From Candidatus Nanopelagicales bacterium (GTDB taxonomy: Bacteria > Actinomycetota > Actinomycetes > S36-B12 > CAIYMF01), in NCBI GenBank assembly GCA_044224785.1, contig JBGAJT010000001.1, forward strand, positions 1 to 35,431: 35,431 bases of DNA, in the 5' to 3' direction. The notes beneath the pieces were generated by a model. The model was not told the origin of the DNA. It saw only the letters and a program-made list of their open reading frames with translations, and searched no databases. A program made the translations under genes and the position numbers. Shown here piece by piece: positions 34,397 to 35,431 of the stretch (its first letter is position 1; each line of letters starts with the position of its first letter).

Positions 34397-35431
34397 TCAG
34401 CGGTCGAGGGCCGCGTCGAGCAGCCCGACCGGCGGCGAGCCGAGCGAGAGCAGCGCCGCGTGGAAGCGGGGCAGCGAGAAGCCTTCTCCCCACTGCGATC
34501 GCGCGCGCTCGCGCAGCTTCAGGATCTCGAGCTTGCCCCAGGTGTAGCGGCCGTAGTTGGGGTCGTACGTCGCGCGCAGCGCCTCGGACCGGGCCGCCGG
34601 CCCGGCGAGGAACGCGTCGCGCTCGAACATCGCCGTCGCGTCGTCGACCGTCAGCGCCCCGGTGTGGATGCCGAGCGCGGAGAGCAGCCGCGTGACACGG
34701 GTGAGCGCCTCCAGCGCGACGCCGACCCGGTAGCGCGGGTCGTCAGCACGGAAGCCGACCTCGAGGACCATCTCCTCGGCGTAGTGCGCCCAGCCCTCCA
34801 CGAACGCGTACGTGTGCAGTGTGCGGCCGACCGCGCTCCCGACGTGCCGGAGGGCGCGCGCGTGCGCGAAGTGGCCGGGCGAGACCTCGTGCACGGTGAT
34901 CGCCGGCAGCGTCGTGGCGCTGAAGACCTGCAGCCACTCGGCCTGCTCCTCCGCCGGCCACGAGGACTCGGGCGGCGTGATCCAGTACCAGGCAGGGGCG
35001 TCGTCCTCGTAGGGTCCGCCGGCCGCCATCCATGCCATCGCCGAGCGGAGCGCCTCGGGCGACGGGCCGACCAGGCACTCGCCGTCGTGGTAGGGCACGA
35101 GGTCGTGCCGGCGCGAGAACGCGAGCACCTCGTCGACCTGCTGCTGCGCCTCGTGGATCACGCCGTCGGAGTCGGGGTGGTCGGCGAGCAGCCGCGGCAC
35201 CAGCTCGCGGATGGGGGCGTCGGGGTCGACGGCGGCGCACGCCTCGCGCAGCATCGCGAGCAGCCGGTCGCGCTCGGCCTCGCCCTGGCGCGTGCGCGCG
35301 GCGAGGTCGGCGATCTCCGACGAGATCTCGGCGAGCGACTTGCCGGCCGCATCGCGCAGCACCGGCGTCAGCAGTCCGCGCTCGGTGTCGACGGCGATCG
35401 AGATGTTCTCGGTGGCCGGGTAGACGATGTC
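34397..35431 (-). CDS. DUF885-family protein C-terminal part, joined in frame to a dihydrolipoamide acyltransferase (E2) fragment; 5'-truncated
   Basis: DUF885 motifs 'TVHEVSPGHFAH', 'FVEGWAHYAEE' and 'YGRYTWGKLEILKLRE'. The frame stays open to the window end and reads DIVYPATENISIAVDTERGLLTPVLRDA..., which is E2-like. Confidence 0.8.
   Translation of the reverse strand, partial: DIVYPATENISIAVDTERGLLTPVLRDAAGKSLAEISSEIADLAARTRQGEAERDRLLAMLREACAAVDPDAPIRELVPRLLADHPDSDGVIHEAQQQVDEVLAFSRRHDLVPYHDGECLVGPSPEALRSAMAWMAAGGPYEDDAPAWYWITPPESSWPAEEQAEWLQVFSATTLPAITVHEVSPGHFAHARALRHVGSAVGRTLHTYAFVEGWAHYAEEMVLEVGFRADDPRYRVGVALEALTRVTRLLSALGIHTGALTVDDATAMFERDAFLAGPAARSEALRATYDPNYGRYTWGKLEILKLRERARSQWGEGFSLPRFHAALLSLGSPPVGLLDAALDR

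Noticed and set aside
1-35431. tRNA, rRNA, riboswitch, integrase or transposase
   Set aside because: None was recognisable by eye in the short intergenic regions. An Infernal/tRNAscan run would be needed to exclude small RNAs.

Overview
High-GC actinobacterial DNA with two zones. Bases ~1-28,900 form a large catabolic island with no visible integrase, transposase or tRNA. It carries (i) a GntR-associated operon: FAH-family hydrolase, extradiol/VOC dioxygenase, two-subunit CoA-transferase, Cys-less thiolase-fold protein plus DUF35, and an MFS; (ii) a split hsaABCD/bph-like meta-cleavage set, in which the flavin reductase is fused to an IclR effector domain, together with an IclR regulator, an aldo-keto reductase and a Bcr/CflA pump; (iii) a sugar-type ABC importer; (iv) an ICL/PEP-mutase-family lyase divergent from a six-gene operon of three KstD/TcuA-type flavoproteins, an SDR, a Cys-less isochorismatase and a racemase-fold protein lacking both cysteines; and (v) an amber-interrupted MFS pseudogene. 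A shared promoter architecture (17-bp GTTCCG-N3-GTCGG(C/G)AC palindrome, 30 nt, TAnnnT) links distant modules into one probable regulon, which suggests an undescribed catabolic pathway. Bases ~29,000-35,431 look like core genome: DUF1801, DsbA/FrnE, dusB flanked by REP-like palindromes, a PPOX F420 enzyme, a uridine-kinase-like protein, a VOC protein and a secreted protein. The window ends in an in-frame chimera of a 2-oxoacid dehydrogenase E2 fragment and a DUF885 C-terminus, possibly a misassembly. All calls come from reading motifs by eye; no database searches were run.
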